The notes under the pieces were generated by a model. It ran no database searches. It worked only from the letters and a program-made list of their open reading frames with translations, and was not told where the DNA came from. Source: Mytilus galloprovincialis (lineage: Eukaryota). Taken from it: 64,000 nt of DNA. Positions 24,207 through 37,439 of this stretch are shown one piece after another. A program made the position numbers and the translations under genes. How positions within the stretch are numbered: the stretch's first letter is position 1; each line of letters opens with the position of its first letter. The DNA lies in assembly GCF_965363235.1 (NCBI RefSeq), contig NC_134847.1, forward strand, positions 69,974,935 through 70,038,934. The letters run 5' to 3'.

Positions 24207-25976
24207 GTAATATAATTTCAATATTGATGTTCCCGTCATAGTGGAGGGGAAATTAAGTTATAACCTTGTCCGTCTGTACATCTGTATGTTCTTAATTTGG
24301 TTTCTATTCTCTAACTTTAGTTTGCCTCAACCAAATGTTATGAAACTTAAACAAAATGTTAAATTACAGTCGACTGTTTTAATTGCATAATTCGTTGAAT
24401 TGCATACTTTTCTCCTGCACAAAGCCATTTCCTATTCATCTAATGTTAAATTGTCCAGTTATATGCATAGCCTTACAAGTGGCCTTTTGGTTAATTGCAT
24501 AGAAAATATTCACCAGCTAGATATGCTTAGTTAAAACTGACAAGATTTTTGATCGGAAACGTCATTTTGGTAAGTATATTTTTCTTGAATGCATCATAAT
24601 TTTCGTTATTATTTCATGTTTTCCTTTGTGTTGTTTAAATAAAGTTTTAAAACAGTTTCTTTCGTGTTCATATGATTATTAAAAAAGCCCATGTTCTATT
24701 TTAAGGTCATAAAAATGTTAACAGGTGATTGTGGTAAAAAACAAGACCATCCTATCTCAAAAGGTGTTAATTATTGATTGGATTTCATACATTGTTCATA
24801 GATTACATTTGGGTGAATTTTAAAAACAATAACCCCTGCTAATTATTGATCATTATCCCACGTGGATCATGTGTACTGTCATAATTTGGCTTGGGGCGAT
24901 CTACACATATGTTTAATATTACAGCCTATAGGGCATTTATATATGGTTGAAGAATTTTTATACATCAATCTTTAATTTAATATTTTTTTTAAAGAACATT
25001 AACTTCTAATTATTCTATTTTCTCACTTTCAACACTCATGTTCATCAAATAACCCATGCAGGGCCCCATTACCCGTTAACTGCTTTGCATATACGAAACT
25101 AACGTGGTTAGAGAAACAGTATTACATCACTGTGCAAGTGTTTAATACTGCAAATCAAAGGCAGTCCAGTACACATTCATTATTATTAGCTCACCTGGCC
25201 CTTCTAAGTGAGCTTTTCTCATCACTTTGCGTCCATTGTCGTCCATTTGTTGTCTTTAACTTTTACAAAAATCTTCTCCTCTGACACTACTGGGCAAAAT
25301 TTCACCAAACTTGGCCTTAATCATCACTAGGGGTATCTTTTACAAAATGTGTCCAGTGACCCAGCCCACCAACCAAGATGGCCGCCATGGCTAAAAATAA
25401 AACATAGGAGTAAAATGTAGATTTTGGCTTATATCTCTGAAACCAAAGCATTTAAAGCAAATCTGACATGGGGTTGAAATTGTTTATCAGATCAAGATCT
25501 ATCTGCCCTCAAATTTTCAGACAAATCAGACAACCAGTTGTTAGGTTGCTCTCAGACAGCCCCCAAAATATTAATTTTAAGGAAATTTTGCAGTTTTTGG
25601 TTATTATCTTGAATACTATTATAGATAGAGATAAACTGTAAACAGCAATAATTTTCAGTAAAGTAAGATCTACAAATATGTCAACATGACCAAAATGGTC
25701 AGTTGAACCCTTAAGGAGTTATTGCCCTTTATAGTCAATTTTTAACAATTTTCATTAATTTGGTAAATTTTTGTAAATTTTTACAAAATAATTTCCTCTG
25801 TTACTAATGGGCAAAGTTTTTTGTTTCTATTCTCTTACTTTAGTTTGCCTCATCCAAATGTTATGAAACTGCTACACAATACTTTCGACCACAAAACATA
25901 GTTAAAGTTTGAATTTTGGTGGCGTCAATTCTACTGTTCTAGGAATCTGCCCTTAACAAATTAAAAAATTGCTGAT

Positions 25977-27961
25977 TTTTATACGACCGCAAATTTTGAA
26001 AAAATTTTCGTCGTATATTGCTATCACGTTGGCGTCGGCGTCGTCGTCGTCATCCGGCGTCCGAATACTTTTAGTTTTCGCACTCTAACTTTAGTAAAAG
26101 TGAATGGAAATCTATGAAATTTTAACACAAGGTTTATGACCACAAAAGGAAGGTTGGTATTGATTTTGGGAGTTTTGGTCCCAACATTTTAGGAATTAGG
26201 GGCCAAAAAGGGCCCAAATAAGCATTTTCTTGGTTTTCGCACTATAACTTTAGTTTAAGTTAATAGAAATCTATGAAATTTTGACACAAGGTTTATGACC
26301 ACAAAAGAACGGTTGGGATTGATTTTGGGAGTTTTGGTCTCAACAGTTTAGGAATTAGGGGCCAAAAAAGGGCCCAAATAAGCATTATTCTTGGTTTTCG
26401 CACAATAACATTAGTTTAAGTAAGTAGAAATCAATGAAATTTAAACACAATGTTAATGACTACAAAAGGAAGGTTGGTATTGATTTTGGGAGTTTAGGTC
26501 CCAACAGTTTAGGAATTAGGGGCCAAAAAGGGACCCAAATAAGCATTTTTCTTGGTTTTCGCACCATAACGTTAGTATAAGTAAATAGAAATCTATGAAA
26601 TTTAAACACAAGGTTTATGACCATAAAAGAAAGGTTGGGTTTGATTTTGGGAGTTTTGGTCCCAACATAATAAGGGGCCCAAAGGGTCCAAAATTAAACT
26701 TTTGTTTGATTTCATCAAAATTGAATAATTGGGGTTCTTTGATATGCTGAATCTAACTGTCATGACTGTGTATGTAGATTCTTAACTTTTGGTCCCGTTT
26801 TCAAATTGGTCTACATTAAGGTCCAAAGGGTCCAAAATTAAACTTAGTTTGATTTTGACAAAAAATGAATCAGTTAGGTTCTTTGATATGCTGAATCTAA
26901 AAATGTACTTAGATTCTTGATTATTGGCCCAGTTTTCAAGTTGGTCCAAATCGGGGTCCAAAATTAAACTTTGTTTGATTTCATCAAAAATTGAATAAAT
27001 GGGGTTCTTTGATATACCAAATCTAACTGTGTATGTAGATTCTTCATTTTTGGTCCTGTTTTCAAATTGGTCTACACTAAAGTCTAAAGGGTCCAAAATT
27101 AAACTTAGTCTGATTTTAACAAAAATTGAAATCTTGAAGTTCTTTGATATGCTGAATCCAAAAATGTACTTAGATTTTTTATTATGGGCCCAGTTTTCAA
27201 GTTGGTCCAAATCAGGATCTAAAATTATTATATTAAGTATTGTGCAATAGCAAGTCTTTTCAATTGCACAGTATTGCGCAATGGCAAGAAATATCTAATT
27301 GCACAATATTGTGAAATATCAAATTTTTTTTTAATTAGAGTTATCTTTCTTTGTCCAGAATAGTAAGCAAGAAATATCTAATTGCAAAATATTGTGCAAT
27401 AGCAAGATTTTTTTTTAATTGGAGTTATCTTTCTTTGTCCAGAATCAACTTAAATCTTTGTTATATACAATATACAATGTATATTCACTTTTTACTACCA
27501 ACTGATAAATTAAAATAATCTTTACCATTCAGTGATAACAAGCAGTTTTTTTACATCTTAATATTTTATGATGTATTTAAATGAGTAGTTATTGTTGCAA
27601 ACTCCATTAGAAATTTTAATTGAGATTAGTTTTGGAATAAGGGAAAGGGGGATGTGATTAAAAAAATTGGGTTCAATTTTTCTCATTTGAAATTTCATAA
27701 ATAAAAAAGAAAATTTCTTCAAACATTTTTTTGAGAGGATTAATATTCAACAGCATAGTGAATTGCTCTAAGAGAAACAAAAATTTTAAGTTCATTAGAA
27801 CACATTCATTCTGTGTCAGAAACCTATGCTGTGTCAACTATTTATTCACAATCCAAATTTAGAGCTGAATCCAGCTTGAATGTTGTGTCCATACTTGCCC
27901 TAACCGTTCAGGGTTCAACCTCTGCGGTCGTATAAAGCTACGCCCTGCGGAGCATCTGGTT
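25977..27961. mobile_element. About 2-kb composite non-autonomous element, copy B
   Basis: Collinear with 15440-17435 over its whole length, including the GTC microsatellite (shorter here) and all subrepeats. Flanked on both sides by copies of a roughly 130-bp local repeat (tctcttactttagtttgcctcaaccaaatgttatgaaac) at about 25830 and 27975, also at 24255 and 28195. Confidence 0.7.
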
Positions 27962-29655
27962 TTCATTTCCATTCCCTTACTTAAGTTTGCCTCAACTAAA
28001 TGTTATGAAACATATAAAAAATGCTTAAGTTCCAATTTTGGTGGCATCACTTATGCTTTTCTATAGTTATAGATATAAGAAGATGTGGTATGAGTGCCAA
28101 TGAGACAACTCTCCATCCAAGTCACATTTTGTAAAAGGAAACCATTTTATACCTCTTTACAAATGGAAAAGATGCTGATTTTTTTTGTTTCGTTCTCTTA
28201 CTTAAGTTTGTCTCAACTAAATGTTATAAAACATGCACACAATGTTTATTACCACAAAACTCAGATCAAGTACAAAGGAGTAGGTCCGTTAAGGGCCGAT
28301 TTCAAGTTCATCTAACGAAAGATATTAGACACTTTTTAAACACTCAAGTGTCTATTTCAATTGATTCAATTAGTTTATGTGAATGATTTTAACTGATTTA
28401 GTCATTAAAAACACTCCGATTCAAGCTTAAGGAGGCTCGCGGGTATAAGATTTTCAGAAAAAAATTAAACATTAATTTTTCATTACAAATTTTATTGATT
28501 ACCTTAAGTAGCTGTTACTTTATCATATGGTACAAAAATCATTCCAAAAAATCAATTCGTGTTGGCCCCAGCGGACTTTTAAACTGTAGATGCCATTGAA
28601 AAGCTTCAAATTATCTCCCTTTGGTGCAAAAAGCCATTTTTTGGCATAAAAATTGAAATATCTTTTTTAACTCATCGGTGACCTATATTTTTGGGATACG
28701 ATTGCTTTTAAGCAATCTGTAGACTTTTACCGTTTACTCGGGGCTCATTCCCTCACGTCAACCGTTTTATTCTAAACATTCAGCAACATCTCAGATTCTG
28801 ATGATTGTCTTGCTTTAAAAGGTAAAAACAAGCAAAAGGATTGAACATAAACAACTTTCCTGTAATGTTCTTCTCATAATCTTCATGTTTGATTTTTCCC
28901 TTGACTTATATGCGTGTTTTTAACAACACGGAAAATCAGAATTAAGCAGTATTTATATTTAGTGTTTTTATAAATTTAGAAACACGTCAGAGGGAATTCC
29001 TCAGTTTTGATAAATGCGAGAGTTCTTTGAATTCCGATAATCCTATTTCTGTCATATAAGAACTGAAGTGGAGTTTTCTATATTTTACCGTTATGAAACT
29101 GATACTGTACTCTCATAAAGAAATAAGAAATTGAGACTCATTCATCATATCATAAATTAAATAAACGTTCTTGTTCCAAATCGCGAGTCGTCGGTTTGTT
29201 TATGTATTAATGCGCATGTGTATAGTTTTCTTGATTTCAAGGGGTATCAGATTGAGTGGTTGTTCTGGATTCCCCGCTTATTAATTAATTTGAAACTCAT
29301 TGAATTCTTTCTATGTCTGCCTGCTATTGAGGGTTTAATAATGTTGTTGCATAATTTAAAATCATATGCATCATTTAAATTAAAATCAATGAAGTTTTAC
29401 CTATAACACCCCTTTAGCCGAAATGGAGTCTTCCATATTATCGTTTCGAGTTGTCTCCCTTTCAGAAGTATTTCCCGTCAAAATCTTCAAGAAAAAATTA
29501 ACTTGTCGATAAACGTCGTATTATATTAAGAACGATCTCAATTTAAACAGAGGAGTGTATATGGAAGGGTTCATGCCCACTGACCCAAAGGAAAAGATTT
29601 AGAAATGGGGTTCCTCCTAGAATTAACGGTGATAAGATACGAAGTGAATAGTCCG

Positions 29656-29990
29656 AGATTACTGGGTACAAGTCAAATCGGCACCCGTAGAAAAAGTCAA
29701 ATCGGCACCTATTTAAAAGTCAATTCGGCATCCAATAATATTTGATATAATATACGGGACTGGGAAATGGGGTTCCTCCTAGAATTAACGGTGATAAGAT
29801 ACGAAGTGAATAGTCCCGAGATTATTGGTTACTTGTAGTGAAATCGGCACCTGGTCAAATCGGCACCCAAAGAAAAAGTCAAATCGGCACCTGGTTAAAT
29901 CGGCATCTAGTCAAATCGGCACCTATATATTTAAAATTCAATTCGGCATCCAATAATACTTGATATAATATATCGGACTGGGACTATTTA
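29656..29990. repeat. About 165-bp tandem duplication with tcaaatcggcacc subrepeats (about 9 copies of caaatcggcac/caattcggcat)
   Basis: ggaaatggggttcctcctagaattaacggtgataagatacgaagtgaatagtcc(c)gagatta...caaatcggcacc... occurs twice in tandem. Confidence 0.6.
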
Positions 29991-30059
29991 AGTTAACTTT
30001 GTAATTTAAGTATACTAGCATAAAAGTCCCCCACGGTCCCAGCTTGTCTGGCAAATCAG

Positions 30060-30300
30060 CCGTCACAAAGCTTTACATAAAAAGATAGTCATAAATATAC
30101 CAGATTATGTAGAAGAACAAGGCAGGACAACACGGCAATACCACCGAAGCAAATTTAGAAACCTTCAAACTTCAACAAACACCTACAAATACAGCTTCTT
30201 TCCACGTACCATCAAAGACTGGAATACTCTACCAATAAGACTGTTAAATATAGAAGATGCAGAGGCATTCAAGAACAGCCTCACATCTTATTTAACAGAG
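30060..30300 (+). mobile_element. Short 3' fragment of a retroelement ORF (...YSFFPRTIKDWNTLPIRLLNIEDAEAFKNSLTSYLTE*)
   Basis: Open frame ending in a stop at about 30300. I recall the SFFPRTIxDWNxLP motif as a conserved C-terminus of retroelement-encoded proteins in marine invertebrates; this was not verified here. Confidence 0.3.
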
Positions 30301-30505
30301 TAGTCACGCAACAAACATTTGATTTTAATTTCACATGTAAATACGTTTTTAATGAGCACCATATTGAATGACCAAATTAGTACTTGCGTGATGGGTCTTA
30401 GACCCTTTGCATTTCAACGACATAGATGTAGATGTAGATGTCGGACATCAGAGTAATCTCGAACTATGAAATGAAATACCTTCTCTCTCTCTCTTCAGGG
30501 CCGTA

Positions 30506-31579
30506 ACTACCTATGAGGCAGGGGAGGCAACTGCCTCTCCTGAATTTTCTACACCATTTTTTTTTAAGTAATAAAATGAAATATTGACAATATGTACACG
30601 AATAACTTGAATTTGTATTATAAACAATACAAGTTTACAGTTTTAACAGTGTTATCATGATACGTGATATATGTCATTTTCCAGATTTTTGATCGATAGT
30701 GGCCGTCCGTCTGTTATTCAGTATTTGTAAGAGAACACATATGAAACTTTGCTTTCGACAATTTTGAATAAAACTTAACTGTTCACATGTATTGAGGGGC
30801 TCAATTAAGCGGAGGAGGTTCCCTTTGTATTATGAATCTTTAATGATACCAGAAATTCGTTACCGACTGAATCAGCTGTTGGATCATTTATTTTAACGTC
30901 TCCAGATCGTACGAGAACATTGTGGTCAATGCCTTAGTAGTTAGTAGTTAAACACTCCCATTCGTTGTAGCAGTGACTTTCTATACTAAGTATATACTAG
31001 TATAGAAAGTCCCTGGTTGTAGTTATATACATGTCTGTTCAGCTGTCAACAATATTGAAATTCAAGGTCCTCGATAAAAAAAAAATATCTTCCGTTCTAT
31101 GATCTTGCTTTTTTAACTTACCAGTTTGATTTCTAACTAAAATATCTTTAAATACAGATAATAATTGTTTGCATAAAAATTGCTTCCAGGATCCAGCAAT
31201 ACTGATGTTTCTTAAAGTAAGGAAATCGAAGGAAAACAGGTCATTTTTAGCCACTGATTCTATTGAGAAAACAATCCGCTGTCACAAGGTATTTAATGTT
31301 AATAATTATAGGTCAAAGTACGGCCTTCAAGACGGAGCCTGGGCTCACCCCGAACAACACTCTCAGCAATCTCAGCTTGTTTTTGCATAAAATTTGCTTC
31401 CAGGTTCAAGCAATCCTTAAAGTAAGGAAATCAAAGGAAAAAGGGTGATTTTTAGGCATTTTACTGAGAGAAAAAAAAAAATGGCGGGGGCTGCGCCCCA
31501 ACCCCCTTCTCTTGGGGGCATCAGTCGGCTACCCACAAACCCCTGCCTCCCCTGAATTGGAACCCTAGTTACGGCCCTG
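30506..31579. mobile_element. 1.07-kb non-autonomous DNA transposon-like element with 14-bp TIR CAGGGCCGTAACTA, nested inside repeat copy 2
   Basis: The left end cagggccgtaactacc and the right end ..ctagttacggccctg are reverse complements. It contains an internal roughly 150-bp tandem duplicate (gcataaaa(a/t)ttgcttccagg..taaagtaaggaaatc(g/a)aaggaaaa). The corresponding site in copy 1 (about 5290) is empty. The TSD is unclear because the flank is a CT run. Confidence 0.65.
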
Positions 31580-31875
31580 CTCTCAGTGACTGCTGTGGAA
31601 ATTAAACTTGGAATTGATAGCACACAAATAAAACACAATAAGTACATTGCTCGTACACTTGTATCCGGGATTAGCTATTTTTAAAGTTGAGTGACTATTC
31701 AGATTTATATTACCTTTGCATGTGCAGTTGAATTAGTTTTTGCGGTCATAAAACTTTCGAGTCAGTTTTTTTGTATTCACACTCGAAAATGAATCAATGA
31801 AATTGCTTGATTTCTTGTTTCGAGCATGATTTTTGTGCTCCAAGCACTGAGCAAAGTTTTATGCCTTCAAGGCCA

Positions 31876-32009
31876 TAGTCCAAATAATTATGACGTCTTG
31901 GAAGGCTATTATAATTTTTTTCTTTGAAGCCTTACTTCGACGTCGAAGTAAGGCGTCAACCAAAAATAATTATAATAGCCTTTCAAGACGTCATAGTTAT
32001 TTGGACAAT
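31876..32009. mobile_element. 134-bp palindromic MITE with 8-bp target-site duplication CAAGGCCA
   Basis: The arms tagtccaaataattatgacgtcttggaaggctattataatt and aattataatagcctttcaagacgtcatagttatttggacaat pair nearly perfectly. caaggcca sits at 31868-31875 and 32010-32017. It lies in a roughly 400-bp segment absent from copy 1 of the host repeat. Confidence 0.65.
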
Positions 32010-32889
32010 CAAGGCCAGGGCTGCCAAAAATGTGTGAGACTCACGCATGTTCATGCTTTTTTGCAGCAGTATCCTTGGATCAATTTTTTCCTCTTTGATC
32101 TTTTCTATTTTGGCCAAATCTCACGAATTTGCTTGGTGAAAAGTTGGCAGAACTGCTATACATGTGTCAATGAAAACTATATGGCAATCGTATCCCTCAG
32201 AGCATTCTGCTCTTTGATTTATTGTAGTTTTCGAATAAGCTGTACATAGACTAAATAATAGTAAAATTTTAACGATTTCTGTAATTTAGTTATTTTTTTA
32301 TTTCGATATTGCCGCTATTTCTCCTATTAGTTCAACAGAAAAAAGGGACATTAACAAAAATGTATGCTCCTTTCGAAGGCAGATTGTGAGCGTAAATGAA
32401 CGGTGACCCCATTTTTTTATTTCATTTTTCTATTAAGTATAAGATAAAGTTCATTTATAGAAAAATATAGAGAAATCCTATATTAAATAAAAAATTTCAT
32501 TTAGACCCGCGAGCCCCCTTAAATATGAAAAATCTATAAAATATGCAAAAAAACGTCACTTTTTAGATGGTTTTTGTCAAAAATGAAAGTGGCTGCATCC
32601 GTGTTTATCCTCAACCTTTAAATATATTATGTATCATCATCAAATACAACTTACATTTCAATATTATGAATGAACAACAAAGCGACTACTTTCATTTAAG
32701 ATGGAAACCATCTAAAATTAAACTAAAATGCTAAAATTGTGAAGATTTCAGTAATTTAGCATGACTTAATGATGCTAGTACCCGATATATGTGCATTGTT
32801 TGGTCAAATACAGCCCATATTTATGTAGCAGAAGCATTCTACTTTCCAATAGATAGCTTAAAGATTACATTTTCACAATTTTATAAAAC

Positions 32890-34215
32890 TGCTATATTTT
32901 GGGGCCCAAAGGGTCCAAAATTACACTTTGTTTGATTTCATCAAAAATTGAATAATTGGGGTTCTTTGATATGCTGAATCTAACTGTGTATGTAGATTCT
33001 TAATTTTTGGTCCCGTTTTCAAATTGGTCTACATTAAGGTCCAAAGGGTCCAAAATTAAGCTGAAGTTTGATTTTAACAAAAATTGAATTCTTGGGGTTC
33101 TTTGATATGCTGAATCTTAACATGTACCTATAAGATTTTTGATTATAGGCCCAGTTTCAAGTTGGTCCAAATTGGGGTCCAAAATTAAACTTTGTTTGAT
33201 TTCAACAAAAATTGAATATATGGGGATCTTTGATATATGCTGAATCTAACCATGTATTTAGATTTTTAACCGGATTTTTGTGAGAAAAATGTCGGTTATT
33301 GATTTGGGGATGTACGGCGGGCAGTCGGGCGGGCGGCAACCAAATGTTGTCCGTGCATTTACTCATGAACTGTTCAACCAAAGCTTTTAAAATCTTAATA
33401 TGTTGTTACTGACAACAAAATGAAGGTCAAGTTCAATAATGATGATTTTGACCTATACCGTTCTGGAGTTATGGTTCTTGAAAGATTGAAAAATGGCATT
33501 TCCAGTCGTGTCCATTCATTTACGCATGAACTGTTCAACCAAAGCTTCCCAAATTTTAATATGTTGTTACTGATGACAAATAGAGGTCAAGTTCAATAAT
33601 GTCGATTTTGACTTTTACCGTTCATCAGTTATGGTTCTTGAAAGATAGAAAAATGGTGTTGTTGCATTTACTCATGAACCATTCAACCTATAAGCTTTAC
33701 AAATTTTAATATGTTGATACTGATGACAAAATGGATGTCAAATTTGATATTGACGATTTTCACTTTCACCGTTCATCAGTTATGGTTCTTGTGATATTGG
33801 CAGGACACAATTAAATGTTAATAAATCCGGTTTGCTGTCGTTGTGACAGCCTCTTGTTGATATTTGGGCTGGTTATCAAATTGGTCCACATTGAGGTCTA
33901 AAGGGTCAAAACTTGAACTTTATTTGATTTCATCAAAAATTGAATTCTTAGAGTTCTTTGATATGGCGAATCTAACCATGTGTTTAGATTTTGGATATTG
34001 GACCATAATAGGTAAATGTCCAATTTAAAATTTTTAAGTTTTTAAGTTTGAGTTCTTAGACCACATTCAATCTGTGTCAGAAACCTATATTGTGTCAACT
34101 TTTTAATCACAATCCAAATTCAGAGCTGTATCAAGCTTGAATGTTGTGTCCATACTTGCCCTAACTGTTTAGTGTTCGAACTCTGCGGTCGTATAAAGCT
34201 GTGCCCTGCAGAGCA
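32890..34215. mobile_element. 5'-truncated relative of the 2-kb composite element, with a different internal 165-bp tandem array (33345-33830, x3)
   Basis: Shares the ggtccaaaattaaact...ttctttgatatgctgaatctaac subrepeats and the 3' end ...gtgtcagaaacctat..tgtgtcaac...ctgcggtcgtataaagctgtgccctgcagagcagctggtt. Confidence 0.5.
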
Positions 34216-37200
34216 GCTGGTTAACTTTTATAGCTGACTGTATGGAGTATTGGTTTTGCTCATTGTTGAACGCAATATGGGGACCCATAATTGTTACTTT
34301 CTCTGTCATTTGGTCTCTGATAAATGTTTTTGAACACTAGAGAAGTTTTCTTGTTATACCAAACCATATGTTTTTCAATAAAAGGCACACTTTTTGTTCA
34401 TCCGGCATATGGTTACTCTAAATAAACATTTGATTAGTTTAATTATTTAATTACAGATTGTATCTACCCGTTTTGCAATTGCTGTATCACCCCTTGCATC
34501 TATTCCACTAGCTGCGTCTTATCATGTGTGTTGGTAAAGTTTTGTGATCTTAATATAAAGGCTGTTTGGTTGTATTTTGTTTGTGAGATTAACATTCACC
34601 ATTTGCTTCACCCAATTCTGAACCTGTTTTTTTAACAAACTGTCCGGGATTGTCGTCAGTAGCGAACAAAACGCAAAATTTGCACTAAATTTTGTCCTGT
34701 GAAGTTGAATATAAGACAATGCCTGGGAAATGGTGCAGCCACGCATATTAGAAGCATCTTTTTTACACGTACATTTCACGTTTATGAAATGGAAAAGAAC
34801 TAGGTGGATTCCAGTTTTCATTTAGAATGCTATACATTTGAGCACTAGGTACAGATGTTGAAATAAAGTTTGCAATATCCTTAGATTCAGCAAGTGTCAT
34901 TTTCTAAAAAAAATCTTATATTTGATAGGGTGAAAAAGTATTTTTCTTCAAATCAAGCTAACAAAAAACGTCGTTTTAAGGTAGCACAATACAAAGATTT
35001 TTTTCCTTCCAATCACTAACCTTTAAAATGCTTTAACTTTCTTATGAATGCATAGAAAATAATAAAAGAGGTATATATAGATAGATAAAAGATTAATCTT
35101 TTAAATGAATGCAATATTTTTATTTTGCAATCATTATGTAATCAATTATTATGTAATTAGTGGCAAAATCTGGGTAAGTTCACTTGAATGAATTTAGCTC
35201 TATCATCTCTTTAACTATACAGAAAATTTTAACGGAATCTTAATCAACACATCATGGGCTTCAAAAGGGTGTCTCAGATTGTCTCTATGGTGTTCATTCT
35301 CTCATAAATCTCTAATTAGTGTAAACATCCTAACCACATAAAAGAAGATAATGTTCAATTAGGTGTAAAATTTGTTTTTTACATTCTATCTGAAATCTGA
35401 GACACCCTTTTGTAGATAATGGCCATAGGAACAACATATAATAAAATCAACCCTCTAGGGATACCTATGCAGAAGCTAATTTCATTTGAAAGTGGAAATT
35501 TGGTGAAAAATAGTTTAGACACAGTTAACATTATAATTGGTTACATAATTGTTGCATAATACTAACATTGCATTTATTTGAAAGAGTAATCTGTTAGCTA
35601 TCCAAAATTACCACTTTTATAAATTTTCAAGCATTATTAAGAAATTTACAGCATTTTAAAACTTGGAGTTATAAAATCTTTGTATTGTGCTACCTTAATC
35701 CTAAAACCAACAAATTAATAAAATATAGGGATACCTGCCTTTGATTGTCTTAATTAAATCCTTTGATCCTCTAAGTATCAAGTTACCCTCAGGCCAATGT
35801 AATTATGACATGTGTATATTTAAAGGAGTGTAGCGACAACGTGTCACCCTATTCAGTGCTAGATATTCAATTTATAGTAAAGATAACATTAGAACAGGAA
35901 ATGGTTAATACAAAAATTATTTTAAGATTTTCAAGCGGGGGGGGAGGGGGGTTTGTGACACCCCCCCCCCCCCCAAGACCCCCTTAAATCCGCTAGTGAT
36001 CCATACGCACAGGTAAAAAATGTTGCATCTTCATCTTGCTTAGATGGAGCAAGGAAAATCTGAACTAAGCCCATATGATCATTGCAAACAGGAAAAACAT
36101 GAAGGCGCTGTATAACCATGCAGATTATTTGACGTTAGAAACTTTTCTTACTGTCCTTCCAACCACAATACTGCTGTCAAATATAAGATTGAGTCGGAAA
36201 CTTTTACATTAACTATTTATGCCTTGAACAATGGTAATTTCGAGAAACAATAAAATTCTGTTTGAAATATATGAATTGATTGGTATTTTAAAACCTTCTA
36301 ACTTAGGAACAGACTATCTTTCTGCGCTTGATATGCTACACATAGAAACATGGCAATCAAAATTTGCATCTTTTAAGGAAAGAACACTGAAATTTTTGTT
36401 GTAAACAAGTAATTTTTATGCCCCATTTATTGGCATTATGTTATCTGGTATTTACATACTTTTGTTCGTCCGTCTGCCCCTCATCCAATTAAAATTTTGG
36501 GTCAAGGTAGATTTTGATGAAGTTGAAGATCAATCAACTTTAAACATATTACACATGTTCCTTATGCTATGATCTTTCTATTTTCAATGCAATATTAGAT
36601 TTTTACCCAAATTTCATGGTCCACTGAATTTGGAAAAAAATATTATTGTGAGTGGGGCATCCCATTCTTGTGTATAAATAGATCATAAATATCATTTGAA
36701 CACTATTCAATATTTTCCAGGCACTTATTTATTCAAATTATTGAAATGCATGAAACAAAAATCTAATCAGTGTCAGAATCTGGGCAAGTTCACATGCAGA
36801 CAGGAAAAATGTCCAGTCCAAAAAGATATCATTTTTTGCATAAAATGGTCCAAATATAATTTTACTTTGATCTTAAACGGTAAAAGCACACAATTTGATA
36901 TTTTTCTTGGAAAAAGCACTTGCTTGTGTTCTATAATTTTCAAAATATCATGAATTATGGCATTATGGTTCTCATGGTTCATGAAATTTAAGATGTGGAG
37001 ATAATATTGCTTTAATTCTATTTTCTCATATGAACCCTTTATTATACATTTTAAATTGAAAAAGTTAAATTCTACAAATTGAGTTCTACTCACTATGGTT
37101 ATTTTTTACCCTGCATGGTGCTATAAATTGTAGTTACTCATAGAATGATTTATTGAACACCCAAAGGCATTGCACTATTTTGACTTAATCTTTATTTATT

Positions 37201-37439
37201 TTAATGTAGGTGTCATCAAGATCAGAAACAGTTGGGCAACAAGGTATAGATAGTATGTTCAAGATTTGTGTACAGTTTACATATGTTTTAGATGTTTACA
37301 ATGTTTATAATATAGTAACTGCATTTCCCACATTTATGTCAAATACTGTAGATTGATTATTATTGGTGCTGTGACCCTTTGAGAGAGTACCTGAATTAAT
37401 ACGTAGTTTTGATTCAAAGAGGGTTAGAGCTATATGTTA

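Larger units (their letters stand above)
28670..32222. repeat. Copy 2 of the roughly 1.3-kb dispersed repeat, interrupted by about 2.3 kb of nested insertions
   Basis: 28670-29655 matches 4285-5290; 30470-30495 and 31580-31745 match 5277-5500; 32150-32222 matches 5490-5565. Extra material in copy 2: 29656-30470, 30506-31579 and 31745-32150. Confidence 0.7.

Noticed and set aside
37210-37243. Possible 34-nt exon with AG acceptor and GT donor upstream of the 38327 exon
   Set aside because: All three frames are open over so short a span, and the phase could not be tied to neighbouring exons, so it is unsupported.
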